A stretch of DNA of 64,000 nt, from positions 405,728,001 to 405,792,000 of the forward strand of contig OZ024740.1 of the NCBI GenBank assembly GCA_964016885.1, written 5' to 3'. A model generated the notes under the pieces. It was given only the letters and a program-made list of their open reading frames with translations. It ran no database searches and was not told where the DNA came from. Source of the DNA: Eledone cirrhosa. Its lineage: Eukaryota. The position numbers and the translations under genes are program-made. Each line of letters opens with the position of its first letter. The stretch's first letter is position 1. This document shows, one piece after another, positions 23,980-37,009 of this stretch.

Positions 23980-25490
23980 TCATCATCATCACCGTTTTAC
24001 GTCCGTTCTTCCACGCTAGCATGGGTTAGACGGGTTGTCCTGTTGTGGGCAGTGTCCAGTCGGCTGACCATGTCTTGCTCAAACAGGAACTGATTCTGGC
24101 TTCATTTCTACAGCTGGATGCCCTTCCTAACACCAACCTCATTTACAGTGAGTGCTGGGTGCTTTTTTTCAGTGGCGCCTACACGTCCACTTTACAGTGT
24201 GGGCTGGGTGCTTTTTTGCCGTGGCACCTCCACGACCACTTTGCAGTGGGATGGTGTGGGGGGTCGGGTCTTCTGTATTACTGCGTGACGGGTATGGTCA
24301 GCTTTTATCACCTCATCCCAGGTCTTCTTGGGTCTCCCCACTCCGTGACTTCTTTCGACTTCTAGTGCTCTGCACCTTTTTATGCAGCTTTCATCCTTCA
24401 TACGCATCACATGTCCATACCAACGCAACCTCCTCTCCTGCACACAGCATTTGATTCCTCTTATGCTCAGTCTCTCTCTCAATTCGTTTATGCTTTGCCA
24501 TTCGCGTATATTACTATTACACATCCATCGGAGCGTGCAAGCTTCATTTCTTTCTAATCTGCGCAACACCCAGGTCTCACTACCATGTAACATTGCTGTT
24601 CGTATACACACATCATACAGTCTGCCTTTCATTTTGAGGGAAAAGCCTTTTGCAGCTAGCAGTGGCAGTAGCTCCCTGAACTTCTTCCATCCCGTTCTTA
24701 CCCTAGTTATTGTACTTTCCGAACGCCCACCTCCGCTACTAATTTGGTCACCTAGATAGTAGAAGCTGTCTACTGTTTCTACAGAGCCCTCCCAGAGTTT
24801 GATGGTGCTTGTTTCCTGTGCAGTTTGCTGTTTGCTGTCCCTGCGCAGCTGCTACATATTAAGTTAAGCTTCCTGAGATCCCACTACATCTCTTGTGTAC
24901 CTATTGTTTGCATTTGGGGCAGAGGATGGAGTTACTACCTACACCTTTCCTATATACTGAGCAAGGCCATTTCCTTGAGGGGATCTGGGATCTGTTTTCT
25001 CGTCTACTTACAAGAACCTTAGTCTTTATCAGGTTGACTTTGAGACTCTTTCTTTCTAGTCCCTGCTTCCATGTTTGGAATTTATTCTCTAGTTCCACCA
25101 TAGATTCAGCTATAAGTGCGAGATCATCCGCATATAGGAGTTCCCATGGGCATCCGGTCTTAAACTCCTCCGTTATTGCCTGCAAAACTATAATGAACGG
25201 GAGAGGGCTAAGAACAGAGCTCTGGTGGACACCGACCTGTATGCTTGCTATAGTCATTGCTAACCCTAACTTTGCTGACTGCTCCTCTATACATGGCTTG
25301 CACAGCTTTCACAAGCCATTCATCTACTGCTAATTTTCTAAGAGCCCACCAAATTATAGCACAGGGGACTCTGTAGAAGGCTTTTTCCAGATCGACAAAT
25401 GCCAGGTAGAGCGGCTTATTTTTAGCTAAGTACTTTTCCTGTAACTGCCTTACAAGGAAAAGGGCATCAGTGATGCCTTTTCCTGGTAAA
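23980..25490 (-). mobile_element. Degenerate RTE LINE, subfamily B, upstream of the first AASS coding exon (putative intron 1)
   Basis: Fragmented ORFs with LLYADD, KWPCSV..CPKC, RRLRWYGHVMR..GRPKKTW; (CAT)n tail at 23980. Confidence 0.9.
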
Positions 25491-25744
25491 AACCTTTATT
25501 AATAACAATGATTTCAATTATAAAGTTGAACAATTTTCTTACAGATTGCTCTATATTTTTCTTTCTGTTTATCCTCACATTTAACTAAGCAAGTCGATTA
25601 TAGTTTCAAGAAGTATACACAATACTTTTACTTATTTCCTTTTTCGTTTTCTTAGAAGGAAATTTATTTTAGTTAATTCCCACAACTAATTGTTTATTAG
25701 CATCATCACATTATTATGATTTTCTTTTCACAGATTCTGCCAAT

Positions 25745-25966
25745 ATGTGGTCGGCGTCCCTTTCGAAGTTGCATCACTTTCCACCTGTAAGTGTATTGAG
25801 CCGACGGTATTTTGGCGATAAAAGAAAGGTTCTAGCTATCCGCAGAGAAGATATTAATGTTTGGGAAAGAAGAGCTCCCCTTTCTCCAGCACATGTGAAA
25901 CAACTTGTGAAAGATGGCATTAAAGTCATTATACAACCTTCTAATCGTAGGGCTTACAGTATGATG
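25745..25966 (+). CDS. AASS: Alpha-aminoadipic semialdehyde synthase (LKR/SDH), first coding exon, including a probable mitochondrial presequence
   Basis: Acceptor TTTTCACAG|25734; [43 protein letters not shown] is the LKR N-terminus; donor ATG|GTAAGT, phase 0, 222 nt. Confidence 0.95.
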
Positions 25967-26140
25967 GTAAGTTTTCAATAGTGACCATAATTTCTTTGTA
26001 TAGCCATTGAAATGAAATCATCACAAAAAGTAAGTAAGTATTACATAATGTAGTCCTACATATCCTAAGATAGGACAGTCATGGTTAGAATGCCTTTGAT
26101 CATAAGTTTGCTCAGTTGGAGTTGACCTGGGAAAAAATAA

Positions 26141-26328
26141 CTTTAAATTGGCCATATCTGGCCAGAATTCTCTCACCTCTTTCAGTTCGAACTGGCCACT
26201 GATACTGATGTTAGAGTATTGTTCTCAAAATAAATAATATCAAAATCTCATAGATTCGATATTATGTGATGTAAGCCTTTACCATGAAAATATAATAGTA
26301 AATATAGAGTAATGTAAATGTTAAAGGG
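26141..26328 (-). mobile_element. piggyBac-type MITE (same family as 56471-56667)
   Basis: Reverse complement aligns along 56471-56650; terminus AAAGGG-TTAA. Confidence 0.7.
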
Positions 26329-27189
26329 TTAAACCTAGCTGTCTTTTCCTTTCTTCCAACATAATTAAAAAAGTTCTATTCTACTCGTTGCATTTGCTTC
26401 TTTTCTTGAGTCTCACTGTCTTCTATTCAAACATTATACTAAAAATATTTCCCAATTGTTCTTTCAAGAACTACATCCTTCACGAACACATTTCTAATCC
26501 ATGTCTTCCATCCATACACTAATCAGACTAAAGACTAGACTTCCTCTTCAGGACCAGAAAATGCTTCAGCTCCTGACAGTTATTAACCCTTTACAAATTA
26601 TGACCCACAATGGAATTCTGTTCCCACATATTAGCCAGTTCTGCCACTATACATACAGTAATTTTAGATCACATCACCAAAAAAAAAGCCACCAGCATGA
26701 AGTTATACACCAACACACTTTAGATTCTGGCTCAGAAATTTACTTTCATCTCACCCTGCCTTTTCTACTGCTGTAAAAAAAAAATAAATAAAAAAAATGC
26801 TGGTGACCTAGTTTTCAGCTGAATTTGTGTCATGAGCTAGTTCTTATAGATGAATCTGGCAGAATTGAAGAAGAAATTCCAAACATTGAAGCAAAACCTC
26901 ATAAAGAACTTTGCAACAACTAATGTCTTAGTAAATAAGAAAGAAGACAAAGCACTGATTCCACCAGGAAAATGTCTGCTCTATATGCCAAAAAAGAGTT
27001 GGTAGGAATTCCATACTGTGTATGAAATGTAAACTATATGTACATAAAATAATTGTTTCTACAATAGGCACAAGGCCAGCAATTTTTCCAGTGTATTACT
27101 GGTACTTTATTTTATCGACCCCTGTTAGGATGAAAGGCAAAGTTAACCTCGACGGAATTTGAACTCAGAATGGCAAGGGCCAATGAAAA

Positions 27190-28030
27190 ATCTAGACTCC
27201 AAATGTGTCAGATGTACATGAGTAGGGATCAGTAAGAGCAAGTATGATACAGGCTCTCTCAAATGCTCAGATGACTCCCTAGAAATAGTTGACAACTTCT
27301 GCTACATGGGTAACCTAATCAATTGGGAATGTGGATGTTCTGAAACTAGTTACAAAAAGTTCAAGGAGCTACCACCTCTGGCTACAAAGGGCCTCTCTCT
27401 CAGGATGAAATGCAGATTGTGTGATGCTTATATCTGAACTGAAATGCTACACGGAAACAAGACTTGGGCTTTGAGCACAGAGAATTTGTGAAGACTAGAA
27501 AGAAATGAAGGGGGCATGCACCAATGGATGTGTAATAGTAATGTACATGAACAACAAAGCATTAATGTGCATGGGTAAGAGCACTCAATGTTGAGGGAAC
27601 TTGAGGAGGACCTAGGAAAACATAGGATATGTAATGAAGTTTAGCCTCACAGGATCAAGTTGACTACTGATTTGTCGTACTACAAAAGACCTGCCCTCAT
27701 GCGACCAAGTTGAGACATGTATTAATATTTAAGTTAGCAAATGGTGGTGTTGGTGCTCCAATAAAATGTACCCAGCCCTAAATACTCTAAAGTAGTATTG
27801 CCAATGACATGGTAAAATGTCTTCTGTATACCCTGTAAAGTGGTACTGATGATGCTACAATAATATACACCCAGCCATCTCTGTAAAGTGGTAAGTGCTG
27901 GTGCCATGATAGAATGCATTCAATGCACTCTGTAAAGTGGTTGGCATTAAGAAGGGCATTCAACTGTAAAAACCATGACAGACTGGAATGTATGAGCATG
28001 ACCTGTCTATTCTCAGAATGTGACATAAAA
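27190..28030 (+). mobile_element. Old, degenerate RTE fragment and 3' UTR
   Basis: Decayed matches to SIEIVDSFRYLG, KFRELIPLL, RRLERNE and to the UTR modules. Confidence 0.65.
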
Positions 28031-28151
28031 CAGTGATGGTGATTATAATGGTGGCCTCCACTGGTCGTGTGCCACCTCTATCCTTAGAAAGTTAACTTGA
28101 AATTCTCTTCCTGTTCATATTTTTCTTGCAGTTTATTTAACTACTTTGACT

Positions 28152-28472
28152 CTAGTGGTTAGAGCATTGGCCTTGCAATCGAAAGGTTGTGAGTTCAATT
28201 CTCAGACCGGGTGATGTGTTGTGTCCTTGAGCAAGACACTTTATTTCACATTGCTCCAGTTTACTCAGCTGTAGAAATGAGATGATAGGGACTGGGGTCC
28301 CTATCATTCCACTGCAAAGTGGTCGTGGAGGTGCCACGGCAAAAAAGCACCCAGCACTCACTGTAAATGAGGTTGGTGTTAGGAAGGGCATCCAGCTGTA
28401 GAAATCAAGCCAGAATCAGTTCCCGTCCCACCCTTGCAAGCAGGGAAAAGTGGACGTAAAATGAAATGATGA
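28152..28472 (+). mobile_element. tRNA-derived SINE (family A)
   Basis: Near identical to 11335-11670. Confidence 0.9.
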
Positions 28473-28734
28473 TCTTACTAGTCTAGAAGACCATGAGCAC
28501 AGCTCCACCTCCCTGGTCAGATTGTTAAAAAAAGAAAAATCTGCAAGGATTGAAGCTAAATATTCCCTACATTAATCTTACTTAAAATATAAAGGGCACA
28601 AGCTACTCTCATCCTTTTTTTTCATCTCTACATGTACTTTGATTCCTCGTTATTTCATAGTAGCTTTATGGTTAAGGCACTGAAGTTCTGGCTCCAGGTT
28701 CACAGAGTTGGTATGCCATTTTAGATATTCTGTG

Positions 28735-29050
28735 AAGGCATGTGGCTTAGTAGTTAGGGTGTTTTACTCACAGTTGTAAGATTATGAGTTAGAGTCCCAG
28801 TGGCATGTTGTGTCCTTGAGCAAGACACTTTATGTTGCTCCGGCCTACTTAGCTGGCAAAATTGAGTTTTACCTGTAATTCAAAAGGGCCAGCCTTGTCA
28901 AACCATGTCAAAAACTGAATTTCCCTGAAAACTAAGTTATGGGTACACATGTTTGTGGATTGCTCAGCCACTTGCAAGTTAATTTCACAAGTAAACTGAG
29001 CGATTAATTAAATCAACTGGAGCACTTGTCATCAGAACCAATGGAAATCC
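28735..29050 (+). mobile_element. Older tRNA-derived SINE sharing the head and central domain with family A
   Basis: GGCATGTGGCTTAGTAGTTAG..TGTCCTTGAGCAAGACACTTTA followed by a different 3' part. Confidence 0.6.
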
Positions 29051-29269
29051 AACACACACACATATATTGTTCCATTAAGCATAACATTTAACACTAAAGC
29101 AATTTTCTGTCATGTGTGCCAGTACTAAGTGACATTGATCATATGGACTACGAATAATATTCGAATACATATGCACCCCATGTTTTCTGAAAATAAAAAA
29201 TGCAGTCTAATTTATTTATACAATGCTGTCTAATTTATTACCTTAAATATTTGTTTTCTTGTTCTATAG

Positions 29270-29446
29270 GAATATGTCCAGGCTGGTGCTGATTATCAAG
29301 AAGAAATGAATGAGGCTAGCTTGATTGTTGGTGTGAAACAAGTTCCTATAGATTTACTTTTGCCAGATAAGACTTATGCTTTCTTCTCACACACTATCAA
29401 AGCTCAGGAAGAAAATATGCCCCTACTGGATGCTCTTTTAGAAAAG
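29270..29446 (+). CDS. AASS: AASS coding exon 2 (LKR domain)
   Basis: Acceptor TTGTTCTATAG|; 177 nt EYVQAGADYQEEMNEASLIVGVKQVPIDLLLPDKTYAFFSHTIKAQEENMPLLDALLEK; donor AAG|GTATGT; phase 0-0 (absent from the ORF track). Confidence 0.95.
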
Positions 29447-30372
29447 GTATGTATTTTTTAAGGATAACTAAAAAACGATTGGCAGAGTCATTAGGATGTC
29501 AGATCAAATACCTCGATATTGATTTCAGCTCATTTGCACTCTGAGTTCAAATCCTGTTGTAGTCACCTTTGCTTTTCATCTGTTCAGGGTTGATAAAACA
29601 AAGTATCAGTCAATGGATTGATAGAATTGTTAAAGTGTTGGACAATGTTTTGCAATATCTAATCCACTTCTAAGTTCAAATCTCTCCTATCAGGAGTTAC
29701 GACCAGGAGATATCAGTGGATGTATTGTTTCCTTGATCTCATCTAATGATTAGTTCCTTTTTTCTCCTTATAAAGAACTCAAATATTTAAAAAATATATA
29801 TATAATGGCATTATCTTCTATTTTAAGTTATTTTTACATTATAAAGAAACAGACAGATTAATTATCATTTCATATAAAATTAGTATTATTTCAGCATTTA
29901 TTACCATTAACCATTTCATCTGTAAACATAATGCCAATTGCTGTTAGAAACCTCTAACAATTGGTTAAACCTTTCATCTTTCTAGAATGCTTTGCAGTTT
30001 TCTTTCCAGCTCACTGCACTCTGAGTTGAAATCTTGCTGAGGTTCACTTTGCCTTTGTTCCTTTCAATAAAAAAAATACTACTCCAGTACTGGTGTCAAA
30101 TTTTCTTCTATATCTCTTTCTTACTTCCCTTCCCTCTCTTTCTGGAAGAAATTGGCTTTATTGAGACCTAGAAAGGGGATGGGCCTGCCAGGTTAAAAAT
30201 GTTCAAGGCATGTTGTAAATCATTTCAGTGTCCGTATACTCCATCATGAGTTATGGCACTATACATTCACCTTTCACTTAAATTTATTGCCAAAAGTAAA
30301 TCTACTAGTTCCCTATATCATAGGAATGCTGTTATGATATCATCCATTTTCTTTTTTTTTAATTATTTCTAG

Positions 30373-30525
30373 AATATTCGACTCATTGATTATGAAAAAA
30401 TTTTGGACAGCAAAGGTCAAAGGCTAGTTGCTTTTGGAAAGTATGCTGGTGTGTCTGGAATGATAAATATCCTCCATGGACTAGGTTTACGTCTTCTCGC
30501 TCTTGGACACCAAACTCCATTTATG
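30373..30525 (+). CDS. AASS: AASS coding exon 3 (LKR domain)
   Basis: Acceptor TTATTTCTAG|; 153 nt [51 protein letters not shown]; donor ATG|GTAAGT; phase 0-0. Confidence 0.95.
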
Positions 30526-31246
30526 GTAAGTACTAAAGAAAATACTTTGTTATCCATCATCTTTTTTTCATGCTGGCATGAATGATAGTTTTTCAATATT
30601 TCTATATAATCTGTTGTTATAATGGATGTTCTTACTACCATTTTAGAAGTATTTAATCTGATAAAATATATAATAGATTAAGATTCTATAACAATCTCTC
30701 TACTATTGGTGCTGCAATAAAATCCATCCAGTACATCCTGTAAAGTGGTTGGCATTAGGAAGGTCATCCAACCAAAGAAACTAGGAAAAAAGGATAGAAA
30801 GGACTCTTCAATAATATTAAGGACATAACATTTCTAATGTTAGTGCTATAATAAAATGCAATCAGTATACACTGTAAAGTGGTTATTAGGAAACGCATGC
30901 AGCTGTAGAAACCATGCCTAAAATGGAATGTATTGAGTGAGATGTGGTTTACTGACCTATCCAGGACGACAGTAGCTCTGATTAAGTAGTGACTTGATCT
31001 GTAACAACCAATCCAACCCATGCTATCATGGAAAAACAGATAAAAAACGATGTTGATGATGAAGATTATAATAACTTACCATTTCCAGTTTGGAATCAAT
31101 TAAATCATTTTCTGTTTATTTGAAATGCATGCTTACAAAGCAAAGTTTTGCCTGTGTAGCTGTTGCTCTCACTGCCATATTTCTCATATAGCACAGAAAC
31201 TAACTATGTTGTACCTAGCAAATGTTTCTAATTCAATGTAGTTTAA

Positions 31247-31420
31247 CCCTTTAGCGTTCAAACTAGACAAATCCGGCTGAAATTATTTCACCCTTATTTG
31301 TTCAAATCGGCCAAGTCCAGCTGCTGACACCCACAGTAAGACATTCTAAAAATAAACAATAACATCATAAAATCTCGTTGACTTGATATTACTGTGAGAT
31401 AAAGCCTTTACTATGAAATA
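31247..31420 (-). mobile_element. Partial piggyBac-type MITE (same family)
   Basis: TTAA-CCCTTTAGCGTTCAAAC terminus; internal AAAATCTC..GATATT..GTGAGATAAAGCCTTTACTATGAAA matches 26243-26290. Confidence 0.55.
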
Positions 31421-32018
31421 CAACACTTAATATAGTGAAACTTGAAACACGTTTTTTTAACGTAAGTACAACAGATTTTTTGGTGAGTCTATCAACATAG
31501 AATACATTAGCTCTCCAGTTAAATTTAGTCCGTTTTCAGTTTCACATCAATTTTCTGTGAAAATTTTTTGTGTTTTTTTTTCAAAGTTAGATGTTTGCAT
31601 ATGAATTGTGCTTGTCCTTAACACATGAATGTCATGACCTTTCAGTCCAAAATTAAGGTCACTTTTTTATAAACATCATCGCAGTATGTATAAAAGAACA
31701 GTCTATTTTTACTGTAGTGTATATATTCAATATATATAAAGAGGGAGAGAAAGAGTAGTAATAATAAATACAAAGACGAAAATCCAGAGAGAACTTGATA
31801 AGAGTTGTGTGAGTGCGTATATATATAAATCAGGGTGGATTTAGTTAGAAACTAGTTAGACCATTACTGACCAGAGTACTCTATACTTGGGGTAATAGAG
31901 TGGGTAATATGAATGAGTGAGGATCCCGATGGCTGAGATCTTGCTAGTTCTGGACTGAATGGAAAAGGCCTTGGCAGTACTAACTGTCTCATCAGGAGGT
32001 GTCATTTACAGGTGTCAT

Positions 32019-32246
32019 TTACAGCACCACACTCGACTGCGCAAATTGTGTCCTGATATCACTAAGCCAGATATCTATGTACACCACCACATGGAGCCAC
32101 TCCCTCAACAAACCAGATACTTTTGTGAAGAATTCTTCACAAAAATATCTGGTTTGTTGAGGGAGTGGCTCCATGTGGTGGTGTACATAGATATCTGGCT
32201 TAGTGATATCAGGACACAATTTGCGCAGTCGAGTGTGGTGCTGTAA
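32019..32246. repeat. 228-bp spacerless palindrome (114-bp arms, 1 mismatch)
   Basis: Arms TTACAGCACC..GTGAAGAA / TTCTTCAC..GGTGCTGTAA, centred on GAATTC (32130-32135). Confidence 0.95.
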
Positions 32247-32289
32247 GAAAGTTTTATTGTGTTTGACACACAATGTATATCTGTGGATA

Positions 32290-34626
32290 TCTAGGAGACA
32301 AGTGTACTTCGCAAGAAGGGAAGCAGAGGAAAGAAAGTTCAAGCATGTTCTACAACACGAGGACCAAAAACGTGAGGTGTTCAGGATTGCTAGGCAATGT
32401 GTCAAGGAAAACCGTGATATTGTCGGGGAGAAGTGTGTACTTAATGATGATGGTGTACTTGCCATCACTGTCGCTGATAAGAAGGTAGCTTGGAAGTGTC
32501 AGTACGAAAGGCTACTAAATGAGGAGAATAAATGGGAGAAAGACAGTCTCCCCCACATCGATCCAATAGAGGGACCAGCAGTGTTAGTTGAAGGTAGTAT
32601 AATAAGTAAGGCAATCAAAGATATGAAGATGGGTAAGGCGGCTGGGCCTTCAGAAATAGTTGCTGAAATGCTGAAAGCCTCTGGAACGGTGGGACACACC
32701 ATGGTCACCCGGATAGTAAACCAAGTCATACAGAATGGGGTTCCGAAGGACTGGCGTAGCAGCATCATCATTAACTGCTACAAGGGTAAAGGAGATGCCC
32801 TAGATAGGAGTAACTATAGAGGCATTAAATTAATCGACCAGGTCGTGAAGGTCACAGAAAAAGTAATAGCGCAACTAATCAGAGAGAGAATTGATCTAGA
32901 TGAAATGCAGTTCGGGTTTGTGTTAGGTAAAAGTACCACAGACGCTCTTTTCATTGTACGACAACTACATGAGAAGTACCTAGCTAAAAGTAAACCCCTA
33001 TACTTAGCTTTTGTCGACTTGGAGAAAGCCTTCGACAGAGTGCCCCATTCCATTATCTGGTGGGCTCTTAGAAAACTAGGTGTTGATGAATGGCTTGTGA
33101 GAGCTATACAAGTCATGTATAAAGAAACAGTCAGCAAGGTTAGAATTAACAACGAATATAGTGAAGAGTTTAGCGTAAAAGTTGGTGTTCATCAGGGCTC
33201 CGTTCTTAGCCCCCTACTATTTATTATTGCCCTTCAGGCTATAACAGTGGAGTTCAAGACCGGCTGCCCATGGGAACTCCTATACGCAGATGATCTAACG
33301 CTCATAGCTGAATCAATGGCCGAACTAGAGAAGAAATTCCAAACATGGAAGCATGGCCTAGAATCAAAAGGCCTTAAAATTAACCTGTCTAAGACTAAAG
33401 TTCTAGTTTGTAGGAAGGAAAATAGGGCACCGGTCCCATCCGGGAAATGGCTATACTCAGTGTGTAGGAAAGGAGTAGGTAGAAACTCCATTTTATGTCC
33501 CAAATGCAAAGTATGGGTGCATAAAAGATGTAGTGGGATCACAGGTAAGCTAACTAAGAACATAGATTTTATATGTGGCCGGTGCTCTGGTGCAATAAGT
33601 AGCAGCAAGTGCCCACAGAATATTAGCTCATTCCATTGCACAGATGGTTCTATAGAAATAGTGGACACCTTCCGTTACTTGGGTGACAAAATCAGCAGTG
33701 GTGGAGGGTGCTCTGAAAGTACAGTAGCTAGAGTCAGAACTGGATGGAAAAAGTTCAGAGAGCTTATACCACTATTAGCCACTAAAGGGTTCTCTCTAAA
33801 AATGAAAGGCAGGCTGTATGATGCCTGCATACGAACAGCAATGTTACATGGCAGTGAGATCTGGACATTGTGTGCAGAGGATATACGCAGACTGGAGAGG
33901 AACGAAGCTTGCATGCTCCGCTGGATGTGTAATAGTAATATACGTGAACGGCAAAGCATAAACGAACTAAGGGAAAAATTAGAAATAAGAGGGATCAGAT
34001 GTTGTTTACTCGAGAGAAGACTACGTTGGTATGGTCACATGATGCGCATGAAAGACGACAGCTGTATAAAAAAGTGCAGGGCAATAAAAATAGATGGTAG
34101 CCACGGAGTAGGCAGACCCAGAAAAACTTGGGACGACTTGATAAATTCCAACCTCACACACTTACACCTCTCCAAGACAATGTCACTGGACTGAGATCTT
34201 TGGCGCTACACAGTAATACAGAAGACCCGCCTTACCTAAGTACAAAGTGAAACCTACTACAGTCAGTAGGCACCTCTAACAAAATACACCCCCGTCCCAC
34301 TACCCCCACCCCATCCACACCACCCCTTTCAATGTAAAGTTATGTTGGTACCACAACATCCAGTCCGAAACAAATGAGGTCGTGTAGGTGTCACGACAAT
34401 AAAACACAGTCCACGCTGTAATGTGGCCGTGTAGGTAACACGGTAAAAACCTCCCAGTCCGCACTGTAAACGTGGTTGGTGTTAGGAAAGGCATCCAGCC
34501 GTAGAAAACGAGCCAGACAGTCCTATGCGAGCAAGACAAACACTCTTGCCTCAAGTGGGAAAACTCCCGTCCAAACCCATGCAAGCGTGGAAGATGGACG
34601 TTAAATGATGATGATGATGATGATGA
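32290..34626 (+). mobile_element. Longest RTE LINE copy (5'-truncated, full RT + PHD finger, premature TGA at 34192), intronic in AASS
   Basis: ORF 32203-34194 with all RT motifs; 3' UTR; (GAT)n tail. Confidence 0.95.
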
Positions 34627-35147
34627 TATATATATAGACAAGTTGCATATGGTTTTTTTGTGTGAAACACAAACAAATGTATTTAACTTGTTGGTTGCTC
34701 CTTGATCAATACAATTTCATACATAAAATCAAGGTTGCACAATGATATTAAGTCAAGTGTGACATGACATCTTGAACAAGCTGCCAGAAAGGTGTATGCA
34801 TATGTGACAACACAAAATAGAGATATATATACTAGCATAGTGCCATCAAAAATGACTGGGTTACAGTGGTTCATATAGAGAAAGTTAAATAGGAGAGTGT
34901 GTTATTCATTCTTGAAACAATCAAACATTAACTCACTGAGCACTCAATACATGTAAATAGAACTTAGATTTTATATTACAAGTAAAATGTTGACAATGAT
35001 TTCAAAATGTTGACTGGTTAGTATTGTTAAATTATATGTATAATTAACATATATGTTTGTGCCTTAAAGCTTTGGGCCAACCAATGACTTGTGATAGAAT
35101 TTGATAGGCAGAAACTACAAGGAAGCCTGTCATATATGTGCATTTAT

Positions 35148-35478
35148 GGAGGCACATGGCTTAGTGGTTAGAGCATTGGGCTTGCAATCGAAAGGTTGTG
35201 AGTTCAATTCTCACACCGGGTGATGTGTTGTTTCCTTGAGCAAGACACTTTATTTCACATTGCTCCAGTTTACTCAGCTGTAGAAATGAGATGATAGAGA
35301 CTGGGGTCCATATCATTCCACTACAAAGTGATCGTGGAGGTGCCACGGCAAAAAAGTACCCAGCGCTCACTGTAAATGAGGTTGGTGTTAGGAAGGGCAT
35401 CCAGCTGTAGAAATCAAGCCAGAATCAGTTCCCGTCCCAGCCTTGCAAGCAGGGAAAAGCGGACGTAAAATGATGATG
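35148..35478 (+). mobile_element. tRNA-derived SINE (family A)
   Basis: Near identical to 11335-11670. Confidence 0.9.
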
Positions 35479-37009
35479 TGTGTCAGTCCATGCAGGTATC
35501 TTCATATCGACACTGTTTAAGAAACAAATGGTGACATTTATTTATATCTCCCCCATAAAACACATCCTACAGTGAAACGCCTCATCAAGCCAGGTATATA
35601 CATATAGAATAAAGTATGGGTTGCCTCTAAAATAGTCCAACCTATGCAAGCATGGAAAAGATAGATTTAGAAAGGATGAAACTTGGACAAGTGTTCTTTT
35701 TCAAACACTGAAATTATTCTTTGTTAACCTTAAACTTTCATTCATCTTGTAAAGACTGAGGTGTCTATAAAATTTATACCGGTAATGTGCTGAGACTGAT
35801 TTAAGTACCTATACATCTTCACCTATAACAATTGTGCTTAGTGCCTTATGAAAGCAATCAATATCTTCTTGAGTTGAAGCAAACATCTGAGACATAGTAT
35901 GAATATACACCTTAAGAGTTGTCAATAATTCTCTCTGTTCTCAGTTCAAATACTGCAACAGTCAACTTTTATTTCATCCTTTTGAGTCAATAAATTAAAT
36001 TAACTCTCCAGAGTGATGGATTGGAAGAATTGGTAGAGTGTTTGTGTTCTGAGTTCAAATCCTGCACTGATTTGGGTTCCTTTAGCTGAGCCCCACTTTG
36101 TTGCATTGAAATTGGGTCTCTAATTTGAAGATACCTTCTCATAACCCATAAAAAGGGTTATGGGCATGCTCTCCTTGACTAAACAGTAAAATATATTTTT
36201 TTAATCTGCTTTTGATTATAATCAAAAGATGATTTTAAAAATATATCAACAGTAAGTGAAGGGAAATTAACACTGATAATTATTGGTGCTAATTTCCCTT
36301 CACTTAACTCTTTAATGTCCTGTACCAGAGAATAACATATTAGATAATGTAATCCTAGTCATACTTTTTGCTTTAAAAATAAATAAGATCCACTATTTAA
36401 TTAAACATGTAACGAGCATGTATCCTATTATGCCAAATATTTTCAACATCTCTCAGACTAATTATAATTGTTTCTACTTTTGGCACAAGGCCAGCAATTA
36501 TCCCAGTACATTACTGGTACTTTATTTTATCGACCCCATAAGGAGGAAAGGCAAAGTTAACCTTGGCAGGATTTGAACTCAGACCGTAAAGGGGCGTAAC
36601 TCTATGCTGTAAAGCATGGTCTGACGCTCTACTGATACTGGCAATCCACCCTCCATCACTCTAAACAACCTAGACCCAGCTGCTATTTAGTCTATCACAA
36701 TAATGTTGCTGCTAGTTCAGGACCTTGTGTTGATGGATATATAGCATGCTACTAATGCTTTATTATTATTTTTTTAAATGTTTATTTGTTTAGTTTTTGT
36801 TATAACCTTGATTTTTTTACACACAAAAACCTACACTGTATTGGCCTGTGTACCTCCTGTGTTGGCCTGTGTACCTCCTGTGTTGGCCTGTGTACCTCCT
36901 CTATTGTTTAATGTCAGCCCTGTGTGGCTAATAAAGAAACCATTATTATTAACGGTAATCATAATAAGGGTTTATTTATTGGCCACACAGGGCTGACATT
37001 AAACAAGAG

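Noticed and set aside
36251-36309. Small imperfect hairpin AAGTGAAGGGAAATTA..TAATTTCCCTTCACTT
   Set aside because: Only ~55 bp, with no TSD or second copy seen; probably a MITE remnant, insufficient for a miRNA or element call.
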